Of a stretch of DNA of 64,000 nucleotides, positions 10,474 through 20,726 are shown one piece after another. The number at the start of each line of letters is the position of its first letter. Position 1 is the first letter of the stretch. The stretch comes from Candidatus Latescibacterota bacterium (lineage in GTDB: Bacteria; Krumholzibacteriota; Krumholzibacteriia; WVZY01): NCBI GenBank assembly GCA_963791045.1, contig CAWBQK010000006.1, positions 224,001 to 288,000 of the forward strand. Reading direction: 5' to 3'. The notes under the pieces were generated by a model. That model was not told the DNA's origin. It saw nothing but the letters and a program-made list of their open reading frames with translations, and made no database searches. The translations under genes and the position numbers were made by a program.

Positions 10474-12838
10474 TTATTTCATCAAAACCAGTTTCCGGGT
10501 TTCGCGGAATCCCGGAGTTTCAATACTGTAGAAATACACACCGGAAGCGACCCGGTTTCCGCGGTCGTCGTCGCCGTGCCAGGTGGCTGATTTCTCCCCG
10601 GGAGAGAGAGTCTCACTGACAAGAGTTTTGACGAGCCGGCCGTTCACATCGAATATTCTCAAGCTCACACTGGCGCCCCCGGCAGGGACATCATAGCGGA
10701 TCACCGTCGACGGGTTGAATGGATTTGGCGTGTTCTGATAGAGCGCGAACTGATCGGGGACGAGGGGTTCCGGATCAACGCCGGTTCCAGTCCCGACATG
10801 GTCGATTCGAATCGTGTAGGTGCCCGCGCCTTCCCGCTTGTTTGCAAAAGCGACGAGCCCGTACCAGTCGCTCGCCGGTGGGGAATAGTTGAAGGTGGAA
10901 TGAGCCGGGGTTTCCCATTCGCTGTTCGCCCTGCCCACCCAATAGGCGCCGTTGCCGGGATTATGGAAGAGAGCGACGTGAATGTCTGATTGCCCGCTGC
11001 GCGTGAGTCCGATCTGGTAGGCTTCGCCGGCTTCCAGAAAAACATCCCATATTCTAAGCTGGCGACAGTCGATACCGAAGTTTCCCAGCGCTCCCTCAAC
11101 CATAGTATTGAGCGGAAACATGTCCTCGGGCGCGGAAATGCCACGGTCGGAATCGAACGAGTACAAAGCATCCGGATCTCCAAACAGGATCCGGGCGTTG
11201 TACGTCCCCCCGGCAACGTGGTTGAAATCGCCGACGACAAAATCGGCGCCAAAGAGATACTGCGAGCCCGTCAGTTGAGTCCCTTCTCCATCACATCCCG
11301 TATAAACGTGAATATCTTTGTCATCTCCCTCGCTGGGGACGACTCCGACGGCCGCCCAATATCCGCCGGCGTCAAACGAAAAGTCCAGGGGGTAGCCAAC
11401 CGACGTCACACAGGATTCTGTGGGCAGCGGAGTGCAGTCATCGTAGCGCTCGATCTCAAGTGAATAGGTACTCGATCCATCAATTTCATCGCCGAACACG
11501 ACAAGACCATAAATATCGGTGACCGGGGCGGTGAAAACGTAGCTATCCGTGGGATCCGAGAGTTCCCACGCACTATTGTCGCGTCCCTGCCAATACTCCG
11601 CATTGGCAGAGTTGACAAAAAGCGCCACTTGAACGTCGGCGTTGCCGCCTTCCATGAACTTGACGCGATAGTCGACGCCGGCATCGAGTGCAAGATCGTA
11701 GATATCGATAATATCGGTGTCTGTGGTTGTCGTGTTTATGGTCCCAAAAACTCCCGGCGCACCGACGGGAAGTTCGACGGGTCCTTCCGTCCATTGGAAC
11801 ATGTAGTCTGCGCCGACGTCACCGCACCCAATAGTAGGGTAGACGGTGGTTGTTGACGCGTGGTGGAAATCGCCCACAATAACTTCCGTAATTTCCGCGT
11901 AGCTGTTGTTCGACTGGGCTAGCTGCGTTCCTCCCTTGTCACATTCGGTATAGAGGGTCCAAGCACTTGTCGTCCACGTATTGACAGGTCACTGCCATCG
12001 CCATCCAGGTTGACGTAATGGGGGTGATGGCGTAGTCCGTTGCCGGGCCGCTCGCGACCGAATAGAGATGTGTGATTGCACAAACATCGGGCTCAAGCGA
12101 TATGCAGTCGTTTAGTTCCTCGAACCTTACTCCGACCGGCGCCCAAGTAGGCATCGGTTCGTCGGAAAACGCGACAACACCGTACCAATCGGTTGCCGGA
12201 GGAACATATATAAACGGCGGGGTGTCTCCATCGATTTCCCATTCGCTTTCATTTCGCCCGCCCAAGAACTCCGTACTGCCGGGGTTTCTGAAAAGTGAGA
12301 GAAACCCGTAGGGAGGACCCATCGCAATGAAGTCAATACGGTATTCAACGTCTTGCTCGAGATATACGTCCCAGATCCTGACGATAGGACATGCCGCGCC
12401 GGGGTATCCCAGGTTACTGTTTCCAAAAACACTAATGGGAAGGATATCTCCGCCGGTCACCCACTCGAGGGTATACGGATCGGTTTGGCTTCCGTATGAG
12501 GTTTCCGGATAGAAGGTGCCCGCGGCGTTGTGGTTGAAGTCGCCGACAATGAAATCGGTGCCGCTGGTTCCCGTCGAAGTGGCCAGTATGGTCCCTGATG
12601 CGCAGTTTGAATAGAGGGCAATGTCTTTGTCATCGGTTGGTTGCGGCATCACGGCGACGACCGTCCAGAACGCCGCGATCTGGGAGAATGAGAAGTCGCT
12701 GAATACCCCAACTGTGTCGACACAGACTTCCGATGTGAGCGGTCGGCACGGGCGCTTCGTCGCCCGCGATGAACGTCGGGGAATAAGAAATCCAAAGCAG
12801 AATAACGGTAAAAAGATGGATTTGTGTGAGATTTTCAT
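10474..12838 (-). CDS. Array protein C: paralogue of A (frameshifted near 11950)
   Basis: ORFs 11939-12838 and 10474-11877 with GGAGCCCGAG-ATG start. Three repeats and the tail ...RKLVLMK. Confidence 0.78.
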
Positions 12839-12908
12839 CTCGGGCTCCTCCGTGGTGTGCCCGTGCGTCGATACTGTTAACGCTTGGGTCGGCGCGCTGG
12901 TCGTCGGA

Positions 12909-13376
12909 TTACTTGTTCTGGTTTTTCATGTATGTTTTGAGTTTGGCCCGTTCCTGTGGCGTAAGTCCTTCGACGCCGCGTGCCCGCGGGATATTCTCAA
13001 TTGTCGAAAACGGTTCCGCTTTTTCCGGTGTCCACAGTTGTTTTTCGTGAGGCCTGGTCTTCCCCTGTGCGAGTTTATCACGATCGGCCTGTGTCAAGCC
13101 GATGTTGCGGCCGCTTTTCGTGCCTGGAGTTGCGATCGTCCCAATATTCGCGGGGTCCATCGGAACCGATTTCGTTGTTACGGGCAACAGGCGTTTTTCC
13201 TTCTCGAGGGCGGTCAAGACATAGGGCTTCATCTCGGGCTCGATGGTTGAAACCGCGGGAAGTTTCACCGAATTTGGATCCCCCGCGTAGCCCAAACCTA
13301 TCCATATGATCGCAGGAACGAGAAGGACCGCGGCGACGACCGTCGCAATCATCAACCGTTGTTTTTTATTCCGAAT
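12909..13376 (-). CDS. Small N-terminally anchored or secreted hypothetical protein (array partner, copy 2)
   Basis: Shares SVKLPAVSTI.PEMKPYVLTALEKEKRLLPVTT and FSTIENIPRA.G.EGLTPQERAKL with copy 1. The codon homologous to the copy-1 start reads ATT (13376). Confidence 0.75.
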   Translation of the reverse strand: MRNKKQRLMIATVVAAVLLVPAIIWIGLGYAGDPNSVKLPAVSTIEPEMKPYVLTALEKEKRLLPVTTKSVPMDPANIGTIATPGTKSGRNIGLTQADRDKLAQGKTRPHEKQLWTPEKAEPFSTIENIPRARGVEGLTPQERAKLKTYMKNQNK

Positions 13377-13424
13377 TTCAGATTCCCCTTGCGTCAGGAC
13401 TCAATCGTTTCTCATAAATTGAAT

Positions 13425-15836
13425 TTACTTCATCAAAACCAGTTTCCGGGTTTCGCGGAAACCCGGCGTTTCAATACTGTAGAAATACACTCCCGACGCG
13501 ACGCGGTTTCCGCGGGCATCGTCGCCGTGCCAGGTGGATGATTTCTCCCCGGGGGAGAGCGCTTCATTGACCAGCGTTTTACGAGTCGGCCGTTCACGTC
13601 GAAGATTCTCAATTGAACGTGAGCGCCGCCCGCGGGGACGTCATATCGAATGACGGTCGATGGATTGAACGGGTTCGGTGTGTTCTGATAGAGAGCGAAC
13701 TTGTCGGGCGCAGCGGGGTCGGGATCGACGCCCGTTCCCACACTTGTCGGAGATATACGGATTGTATAGTTGCCCCATTTTTCACGTTTGTTTGCGAACG
13801 CAACGATTCCGTACCAGTCGGTCACCGGCGGCGTATAGTCGAACGTGGTCTGGGCCGGAGTTTCCCATACGGCGCTTCCTCTACCCACCCAGTAGTCGCC
13901 GCTCCCCGGATTGTGGAAAAGCGCGACCCAGATGTCGTTGGTCCCACCTCTGGTGAGGCCAACCTGGTACGTTTCTCCCGCCTCGAGATAGACATCCCAG
14001 ATTTTGATATGGTCACATTCAGTGCCGAAATCTCCAAAAAAGCCCTCGACCACCGTGTCGTGCGGGAACATGTCTTCGGAGGGAGAATTGCCGCGGTCGG
14101 TGTCGATCGTAAAGGGTTCGTTTGTGTCTCCGTATGTGACTCGCGCGTGATACGCCCCCGGGGCGACATGATTGAAGTCTCCGATGACAAAATCGGCGCC
14201 TTCGATATACCCAGATGCGGCTAGTAGCGTTCCTTCACCATCACACTCAGTGAACACACGGATGTCCTTGTCGTCGCCGTCTCCGGGGGTGACGCCGACC
14301 ACCGCCCAGTACCCGTTCGCGTCAAATGAGAAATCATAGGGATGATTGTCGATCCAACTGCACGCCCCCGATGGTTCGAGATAGCAGTCGTTGTAGACCT
14401 CGATAGTGAGACCGTATGTGCCGGTGCCGCCGGTGATGTAGTTGCCCATGCCGTTCCCGAACACGACGAGGCCATAAACGTCGGATGCCGGAGCGGTGAA
14501 CACATGGCCGGCCGTCGGGTCGGTGAGTTCCCACAGGCTCTGATACCGATCCGTCCAGAATTCGCCGCTGCCGGAGTTTTGGAAGAGTGCCACATGGATG
14601 TCGGCGTCCCCCGTCTCCCCAAAGGTGACCCTGTACTGGGTTCCTGCGAAGAGCTCAAGATCGTAAACCTCGACAACGTTGCCCCCCTCGCCCAGAGTGT
14701 TTATTTCGCTTGCTATGCCGGGGGCGCCGATCGGAAGAATGCTGGGACTCTGTGTCCACTCGATGGTGAAATTCTCCGAGATTGTCCCCAGGTCGATTCT
14801 GGGGTGAACGGTATAGGGATCGGCGTGATTGAAATCTCCGACGATAATTTCGGTCCGTCCATAGTACCCCGACGCCCGCGTAGGACTGGGCAAGGAGCGA
14901 TCCGTTCTCGTCGCATTCAGTCCGAACCTTCAAGTTTTCTGGTCGGACGATTGAGGCGCGACCACTATCGCCATCCAGGAAGATGCCGTGGGAGCGACGG
15001 AGAAGTCCGTTAAGGGACCATCATTGACCGAATAGCGCGATCCTGTTCTGCACACGTCGGGGTCAAGGAATATGCAGTCGTCCAGTTTTTCGAATATGAC
15101 GCCCGCCGGATTGAGGATGGTTTCTACCTTGTCCGGAACCAGGGTTACGCCGTACCAGTCGGTGGCGGGCGGGGTGTAGATAAATGGAGCGGCAAAGCCG
15201 TCGATTTCCCACTCGCTGTCGTCGCGCCCGCCCCAGAAGTCCGAAGTGCCGGGATTTCGAAAAAGGGAGAGAAACAATTTTGGAAAGTACTCATCCATTC
15301 CACAGAATCACACGGTAATCGAAACCCGTTTCGAGATACGCATCCCAAACTCTGACGAGATCGCAGGTCGGTCCGTCGTCACCGGTGGTGGCGGGGTTGT
15401 AATTGCTGATCGCGAGGATGTGCCCGCCTCTGACCCAGTCGATATGGTAAGGGTCGGTTTCGGTGCCGTAATGAGTCGTCACGTAGTACGTGCCCAACGT
15501 GTTGTGGTTGAAATCTCCAATAATAAAGTCGGTGCCGTTGGTGCCATTTGATGAGGCGAGGGGCGTTCCCGACGCGCAGTTCGGGAAAAGCATGATGTCT
15601 TTGTCGTCGGCGGGGTCGGGCGTCACCGCGATGATCGTCCAGAATGGCACGGTCTGATTGAATGAGAAGTATCTGCCATTGCCGACTGTGTCGACGCAGA
15701 CTTCAGAGGTGAGCGGTCGGCACGGTTGTGCCTGGATTTCGGCCGTTGATAACACCAGAAGACAAAGTATACACACAGAGACGATGATCGCCCGGGCGAT
15801 TGCCCATTGTTCGATTCCGTTGGATCGATTTTCCAT
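13425..15836 (-). CDS. Array protein D: paralogue of A, first gene of the array (frameshifted)
   Basis: ORFs 15291-15836, 14930-15298 and 13433-14893. The tail shifts frame near 13570 and ends RKLVLMK-TAA at 13425. Signal peptide ...VCILCLLVLSTAEIQA. Confidence 0.75.
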
Positions 15837-16026
15837 CTTATCCCTTCCTGCTGTCACGCCGCGACCCGGGTTGGCTTGCCGCCACCCTGGATGAAGGGCA
15901 CAAAAATACGCGGTGCAAAATTGCAACCGCGCGGATTCGGTTCAAAAAAAACACTTGTAGTTGCCATGTGCCGACATGCCCGATCATACCTCCATATGAT
16001 CACTGGTTTGCAGATGATATCTGTCA

Positions 16027-16035
16027 ATTATACCA
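16027..16035 (-). promoter_or_regulatory. Candidate extended -10 promoter for the array
   Basis: Minus strand reads TGGTATAAT (TGn-TATAAT) about 190 nt upstream of the gene D start. No good -35. Confidence 0.45.
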
Positions 16036-16256
16036 TAAGCGCCGGGCTATATCTGCTTATTTTTCAACGTTTGGCGGTGTTTTGACCGTTCGTTTGGTGA
16101 GGGTGGTTTTGCAGGTTTGTCGAGGATCGCTGGTCCCGCATGTGCCGCAGTTCACCAATTCAGGCACAAGCTATGCTTTAACGCGTGGTGGAAGGGCAGT
16201 TACCATATTTTGAGTCCTCCAGCCGGAAATCACGTGACAGCGGAGGGTTACGCGAT

Positions 16257-16703
16257 ATGGGTTCGAGCGTAATGAAATTATTTTCCACGCTGTGGTTCGC
16301 CGTATTCGTGATGATGCTCGTATTCGGTCTCGCATACGAGCTCCAGAAAATCTGGAGTTTCGGCTGGATGGTGTGCATCGTGGCGCTTCTCGGCGTCCTG
16401 CTCTTTCTCGTTGGGCTTAGAAATACCGCGTTGCACGAGGCGGTGCTCGTCCGGCGTGAAGAACGATTTTGTGGCAAACAAAAATCGAAACACGGGAAGA
16501 ACGAACCCATCTATGGCGATCCTGCCGACACACGCCGCAGTAGCGGCGATGACCGTCCGCTGCCGGAATCAATTCGGGGTCAGGTCGAAGCGTATGTCGC
16601 CATGCGCAGGGCGACGGATCCGGATCAGTTCGACCGTGAACTCGTCGTTTCTAGCAGCTTCAACGCCTTGATAAGACGCGAATTCAAGGCCGGTAAACTC
16701 TAG
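16257..16703 (+). CDS. Hypothetical membrane protein (two TM helices)
   Basis: RBS GGAGGG, two hydrophobic helices, then a charged domain. Confidence 0.55.
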   Translation: MGSSVMKLFSTLWFAVFVMMLVFGLAYELQKIWSFGWMVCIVALLGVLLFLVGLRNTALHEAVLVRREERFCGKQKSKHGKNEPIYGDPADTRRSSGDDRPLPESIRGQVEAYVAMRRATDPDQFDRELVVSSSFNALIRREFKAGKL

Positions 16704-16729
16704 CTGTTTTCGTCTGACCGTTAACCAGC

Positions 16730-16758
16730 TTGTTATTTCGCCCCGCCGGTGCTACAAT
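16730..16758 (+). promoter_or_regulatory. Candidate sigma70 promoter
   Basis: TTGTTA-17 nt-TACAAT with a TG extension, upstream of 16899. Confidence 0.45.
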
Positions 16759-16898
16759 TATTAGGTAAATACTCGCATCGCAGTGGCAGGGCGGCTGTTT
16801 TGGAACGCGCGTCCTGCGCGTCCGGAATCCCACCTTAAGACCACCTCGCTTCCGCGCCTGCCCTGTTCGAGCTGCTAACCAACAAGGAGGGGAGCAGC

Positions 16899-17510
16899 AT
16901 GAAATATGTGTTACCCGTTGTAGTATTGTGCATGATTGCGCTCGCGCAGATCCCGACCGCCCAGGAAAACGACGACGGGTTTTCATGGGCCGATCTTCGC
17001 GCGGACACGATCACCTTTGGTTTTCCCGCACCGGATTCGATCGAGGTCAACTGCAAGTTCTCGATTTTCAACAACACCCTTTTTGACACGATCATCGTGT
17101 CGGAGGTGGGGCTTTTCCTCGATGGCGTTGCCATGGGAGGCGAGCCCATCGATGTGACGAAATCGATGAACAACTGTCACGTGTTTAAGACCGAAATCGA
17201 ATGCAAGGGTGAGTGTTACTACACGACCGTTCCGCCGATCGAGTTTGGCGAGTGCAAGTGGTACAGTCAGCCCCCCAATCCGGGCCCGCCGGATTCGATA
17301 GTGGTGCGGCCGTGGTGTGCGTGTATGAAGGATGGAGAAATCAGCTGGACCGTCCACTACACAGGCCAGGATATTGTCACGTTTCAGTTGGACCCGGCCA
17401 ATGTCGTCTGGGAGCCCGACGAAACCGACAATTCTTTCTCGGTTCACATTAGGCCGGTCGCGGTCAAGGAACACACGTGGGGAAAGATCAAATCGTTGTA
17501 CGTGGAATAG
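16899..17510 (+). CDS. Secreted Cys-containing CARDB-like protein with a C-terminal TWGKIKSLY motif
   Basis: RBS AAGGAGG and a signal peptide. 'LDPANVVWEPDETDN' resembles the CARDB end. Ends PVAVKEHTWGKIKSLYVE. Confidence 0.75.
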   Translation: MKYVLPVVVLCMIALAQIPTAQENDDGFSWADLRADTITFGFPAPDSIEVNCKFSIFNNTLFDTIIVSEVGLFLDGVAMGGEPIDVTKSMNNCHVFKTEIECKGECYYTTVPPIEFGECKWYSQPPNPGPPDSIVVRPWCACMKDGEISWTVHYTGQDIVTFQLDPANVVWEPDETDNSFSVHIRPVAVKEHTWGKIKSLYVE

Positions 17511-17744
17511 TGCGGCAGTAATGCCGGAATAGCAGGCTCCGATCACGCCCACTTGTCATTATGGCAAGGGGAATTGTCCGCATTGGTATGCGGCATTCGG
17601 GCTCCTCTCCCAACCCGCCATTGGTTCATTTCATCCAATCCGCATAGCAATGGGTACATCCCGTGCTTCATTACACTCCCTGGTGTCGTACTGCTTTCAA
17701 AAGGGGAAGCGTCGCTTCCCCTCGTTTCCCAGGGGGTAGACATA

Positions 17745-18311
17745 ATGGTTTTTCGAGTCGCAGGTTCGTTTTTGCGAAAGGCGATTTGCCATATCCAAAC
17801 GGATTATCGGTACCGCTACTATCCATTGTACTCTGCGGGTCTCGCCGGTCTTTTTTATGTGTGGGTCCTGTGGCCGTGGGACGATTGCGTCTTCGAGGCG
17901 CGATGGCTTCACCCATGGATACGGACGTTCGAAGATTACGCCGTCTATGCGGTTTGTCTTATGGCTGTCTGTTGCGGTGTTGTCGGGTTATTCCGCCGTG
18001 GGTTACCGGCAAAAGTGTTATCGTTTGCGGGACTCTATGTAATGAACTGGTTTTGGGAGCCGTTCGGGTTTGTTGGTCATTTGACGAGCGACTTTTTATG
18101 GTACACGTTCGATCTTCCGGAAAAACATATATCTGGATTCGCCGGGCTTGAGACGGGTGGCGCCACACTTCTCTGGTGTGGCTATCTGCTTATTGTGTAT
18201 TTGTTGATTCGGCCGGTGTTGAAACGATCTTTCAAAGGTTTCAGGTCGATCGCACGGCGGGCAGTCGATCTCTATCCGCCGCTGGCTCGGCTGGACAAAC
18301 CGGTTCTTTAA
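17745..18311 (+). CDS. Hypothetical membrane protein
   Basis: RBS AGGGGG before ATG 17745 and about four aromatic-rich hydrophobic segments. Confidence 0.55.
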   Translation: MVFRVAGSFLRKAICHIQTDYRYRYYPLYSAGLAGLFYVWVLWPWDDCVFEARWLHPWIRTFEDYAVYAVCLMAVCCGVVGLFRRGLPAKVLSFAGLYVMNWFWEPFGFVGHLTSDFLWYTFDLPEKHISGFAGLETGGATLLWCGYLLIVYLLIRPVLKRSFKGFRSIARRAVDLYPPLARLDKPVL

Positions 18312-18513
18312 AAGTTCACGAGATCCAAGGACTTCCCGATCCGCCGGATTTCGTTTGCCCGGGGTGGAAAGCCGCCCCGGGCAGAGGTTCTTGCTCCAAT
18401 AAATCCGCTTCAATGCGTCTTTTCGCACGCGATCTACTCCAAACATAGATATACAGGTTGAAACGCGCCCCTCCGCGCCCGTAACATAATGCGGCTCGGC
18501 CAGCACCCGGCGA

Positions 18514-20283
18514 GTGGCGAACGCACATGACCCAGCACGAGGAGTATTGAGAGCTGTGATCAACGACATCATCGAAGCGGTCAAAGTCGAACAAGAACGA
18601 ATCGAAGAGCCCCGTAACCGGAGCCGTTATTTTATTTTCGGGAAACTCGGCGAGCAGGCGACCGAGGATTATCTCGTGTTTGTTTTTCAGAACGCGCCCG
18701 AGCGGGTCATCCGCGACGCGCGCTATCACGGCGCCCGCCAACAGGAAAGTCTCTTCAAAGTCGGTGACGTATTTATCTCCGGGTACATGACGCTTTCATC
18801 ACCCGGGCTGGCCGTTGCTTTCACATTTGATGAAATCGCATTCCACAACATTGAACCCGAGTGGCTCCAGGCGGCGACGGCGCGGGGAATCGAGTACGTC
18901 ATGGACAACCGCGATCTCAATATGTACATCCATGATTTTCTCGACGGAAACAGGATGACGGACAATCCGTTTCTCGAAGAGATCCTCGTTGCCCGTGACG
19001 TGATGACGCAAGCGCCGCTTGCACACGCCGGACACTTCGACGACTTGAACCCATCGCAGAACCAGGCGATCGAAAAGATTCTTTCGCAACGAGTGACCTT
19101 TGTGTGGGGGCCGCCGGGGACGGGGAAGACCAAGACGCTTGCGGCGATGGCCGCGACTCTTGTGAACGCGAAGAAGCGGGTTTTGCTTTCGGCGCTGTCC
19201 AATATGGCGCTCGATCAATTGCTCGCTGCCACGGTCGAACGGCTCGACTCTTCGGTCAAGAAAGTGCCCATCGCGCGCACGGGGAGCCGGATGGATCGCG
19301 AGATGGAAGTTTTTGGGCGCCGGGCGTTCCAGGCGAATGGGTTCAGGGGGAAACGCGCCGGGGCCAAGTGGGCCGAGCACGTCGAGAACTCGCGGCTCGT
19401 GGCGGCGAACTTCACCATGCTCTCGTTTCCGGGCGCCGTGTTTCCTGGTGTGTTTGATTATGTTATCGCCGACGAGGTGTCGATGGCAAACATTCCCAAC
19501 CTCGCCGCGGCGACATTTTATGCGACGGGGGGAATTGCTTTTGGTGGAGATCCCTATCAGCTTCCGCCGATTTATCCCGAGGACTCCGAAACTCCCAACG
19601 AGTGGTTCCGGCAGAGCGTTTTTGAGAAAGCAGGTATCATCGACCGGCATGATCCGAGGGTCGCTTTTCTCGATACTCAGTATCGTATGCAGACGGAGAT
19701 CGGTGATCTCGTGAGCGATTTGTTTTATGGTGGGGAGCTTTTGACCGGTACGGCGCCGCTCCCGGTTTTGCCCGCTTATGACGCGCGCGTCGTGTTTATC
19801 CAGAGCTCCGGGCGGGTTCAGTATTCCGAGGCGTTCCCCGACGAGCTCGGTGACGAACGGCGATTCAACGAACCGCATGCCGATGCCGTTGTGGATGCGG
19901 TCAAGGCGCTCGTCGACTGTGGCGTGTCGGGGAGTGAGATCGGCGTTATTACGCCGTATAACGCGCAGGTCGTCGTGATTACGCAGAAGCTTAAAGTGGC
20001 GTTTGCGAAAAAGCAGCGCGCCCTTCGGGACTTAAAGGTTTCCACCGTGCATTCGTTCCAGGGGCAGGAGCGGCGTGTGATTGTTGTTGATTTCACCGAT
20101 GATAATGTGCCGCCGACACACCTCACGGCCAAGTGGGAGCTTATTAATGTCGCGTTGTCGCGGGCGAAAGAGCAACTTGTTATTGTGGGGAACCGGTACT
20201 ATCTGACCAACGATGAATTCTTCAGTTCGGACGAAGTCTCGGTTTTTGGGCGGATGCTCGAGCATGCCGTGATAGTCGACTAA
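18514..20283 (+). CDS. Superfamily 1 helicase, Upf1/DNA2/NAM7-like (AAA_11/AAA_12)
   Basis: LNPSQ (Q motif), GPPGTGKT, SNMALD, DEVSM, GDPYQLPP, QYRM, TPYNAQV, TVHSFQGQE and NVALSRAK. Confidence 0.9.
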   Translation: MANAHDPARGVLRAVINDIIEAVKVEQERIEEPRNRSRYFIFGKLGEQATEDYLVFVFQNAPERVIRDARYHGARQQESLFKVGDVFISGYMTLSSPGLAVAFTFDEIAFHNIEPEWLQAATARGIEYVMDNRDLNMYIHDFLDGNRMTDNPFLEEILVARDVMTQAPLAHAGHFDDLNPSQNQAIEKILSQRVTFVWGPPGTGKTKTLAAMAATLVNAKKRVLLSALSNMALDQLLAATVERLDSSVKKVPIARTGSRMDREMEVFGRRAFQANGFRGKRAGAKWAEHVENSRLVAANFTMLSFPGAVFPGVFDYVIADEVSMANIPNLAAATFYATGGIAFGGDPYQLPPIYPEDSETPNEWFRQSVFEKAGIIDRHDPRVAFLDTQYRMQTEIGDLVSDLFYGGELLTGTAPLPVLPAYDARVVFIQSSGRVQYSEAFPDELGDERRFNEPHADAVVDAVKALVDCGVSGSEIGVITPYNAQVVVITQKLKVAFAKKQRALRDLKVSTVHSFQGQERRVIVVDFTDDNVPPTHLTAKWELINVALSRAKEQLVIVGNRYYLTNDEFFSSDEVSVFGRMLEHAVIVD

Positions 20284-20290
20284 CCTGTAT

Positions 20291-20665
20291 TTGCGCACGA
20301 GGGATGGAGTAGTAGTGGGAACGAACGATCTGAACGCTTATGAAATATTGGTCGCGCGGGCCTTCCGTCTTCTTCGAGAGTGGAGCCGTGCGCATCCATT
20401 CGAGACCGATCCGACCGACGCCATCGAAACGATTGCCGCGTCATGCGTGCCCGTCGAACCGTTGGAGATAAAAGCGGCGGCCGTTTGCGTGGGAATCGAC
20501 ACCATTGCCTCGGACGCGGAAATCCCCAAGAAAAACGGGGGAGAGGGGTGGGAAGCCCTTCGAATCCCGCTCTCCGAGTTGATTGAAGAAGAGCTCTGGT
20601 TGGAATGGGATGCCGTTGTGGGGGAGCAGGAGCTCATGAATGATTTCGAGGATGATTTGGATTGA
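20291..20665 (+). CDS. Acidic hypothetical protein
   Basis: Starts 7 nt after the helicase stop and has a very acidic C-terminus. Start codon uncertain. Confidence 0.55.
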   Translation: MRTRDGVVVGTNDLNAYEILVARAFRLLREWSRAHPFETDPTDAIETIAASCVPVEPLEIKAAAVCVGIDTIASDAEIPKKNGGEGWEALRIPLSELIEEELWLEWDAVVGEQELMNDFEDDLD

Positions 20666-20726
20666 GGAAATCCTGCGTGGCTGTTGTCGAAAAAGATTCA
20701 ATCATATGTGTGGAGGACCATGATTG

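Noticed and set aside
5140-15836. Array as CRISPR or DGR target
   Set aside because: The repeats are protein-coding modules of about 660 nt. There are no short repeat-spacer units, no reverse transcriptase and no adenine-specific TR/VR pattern visible.
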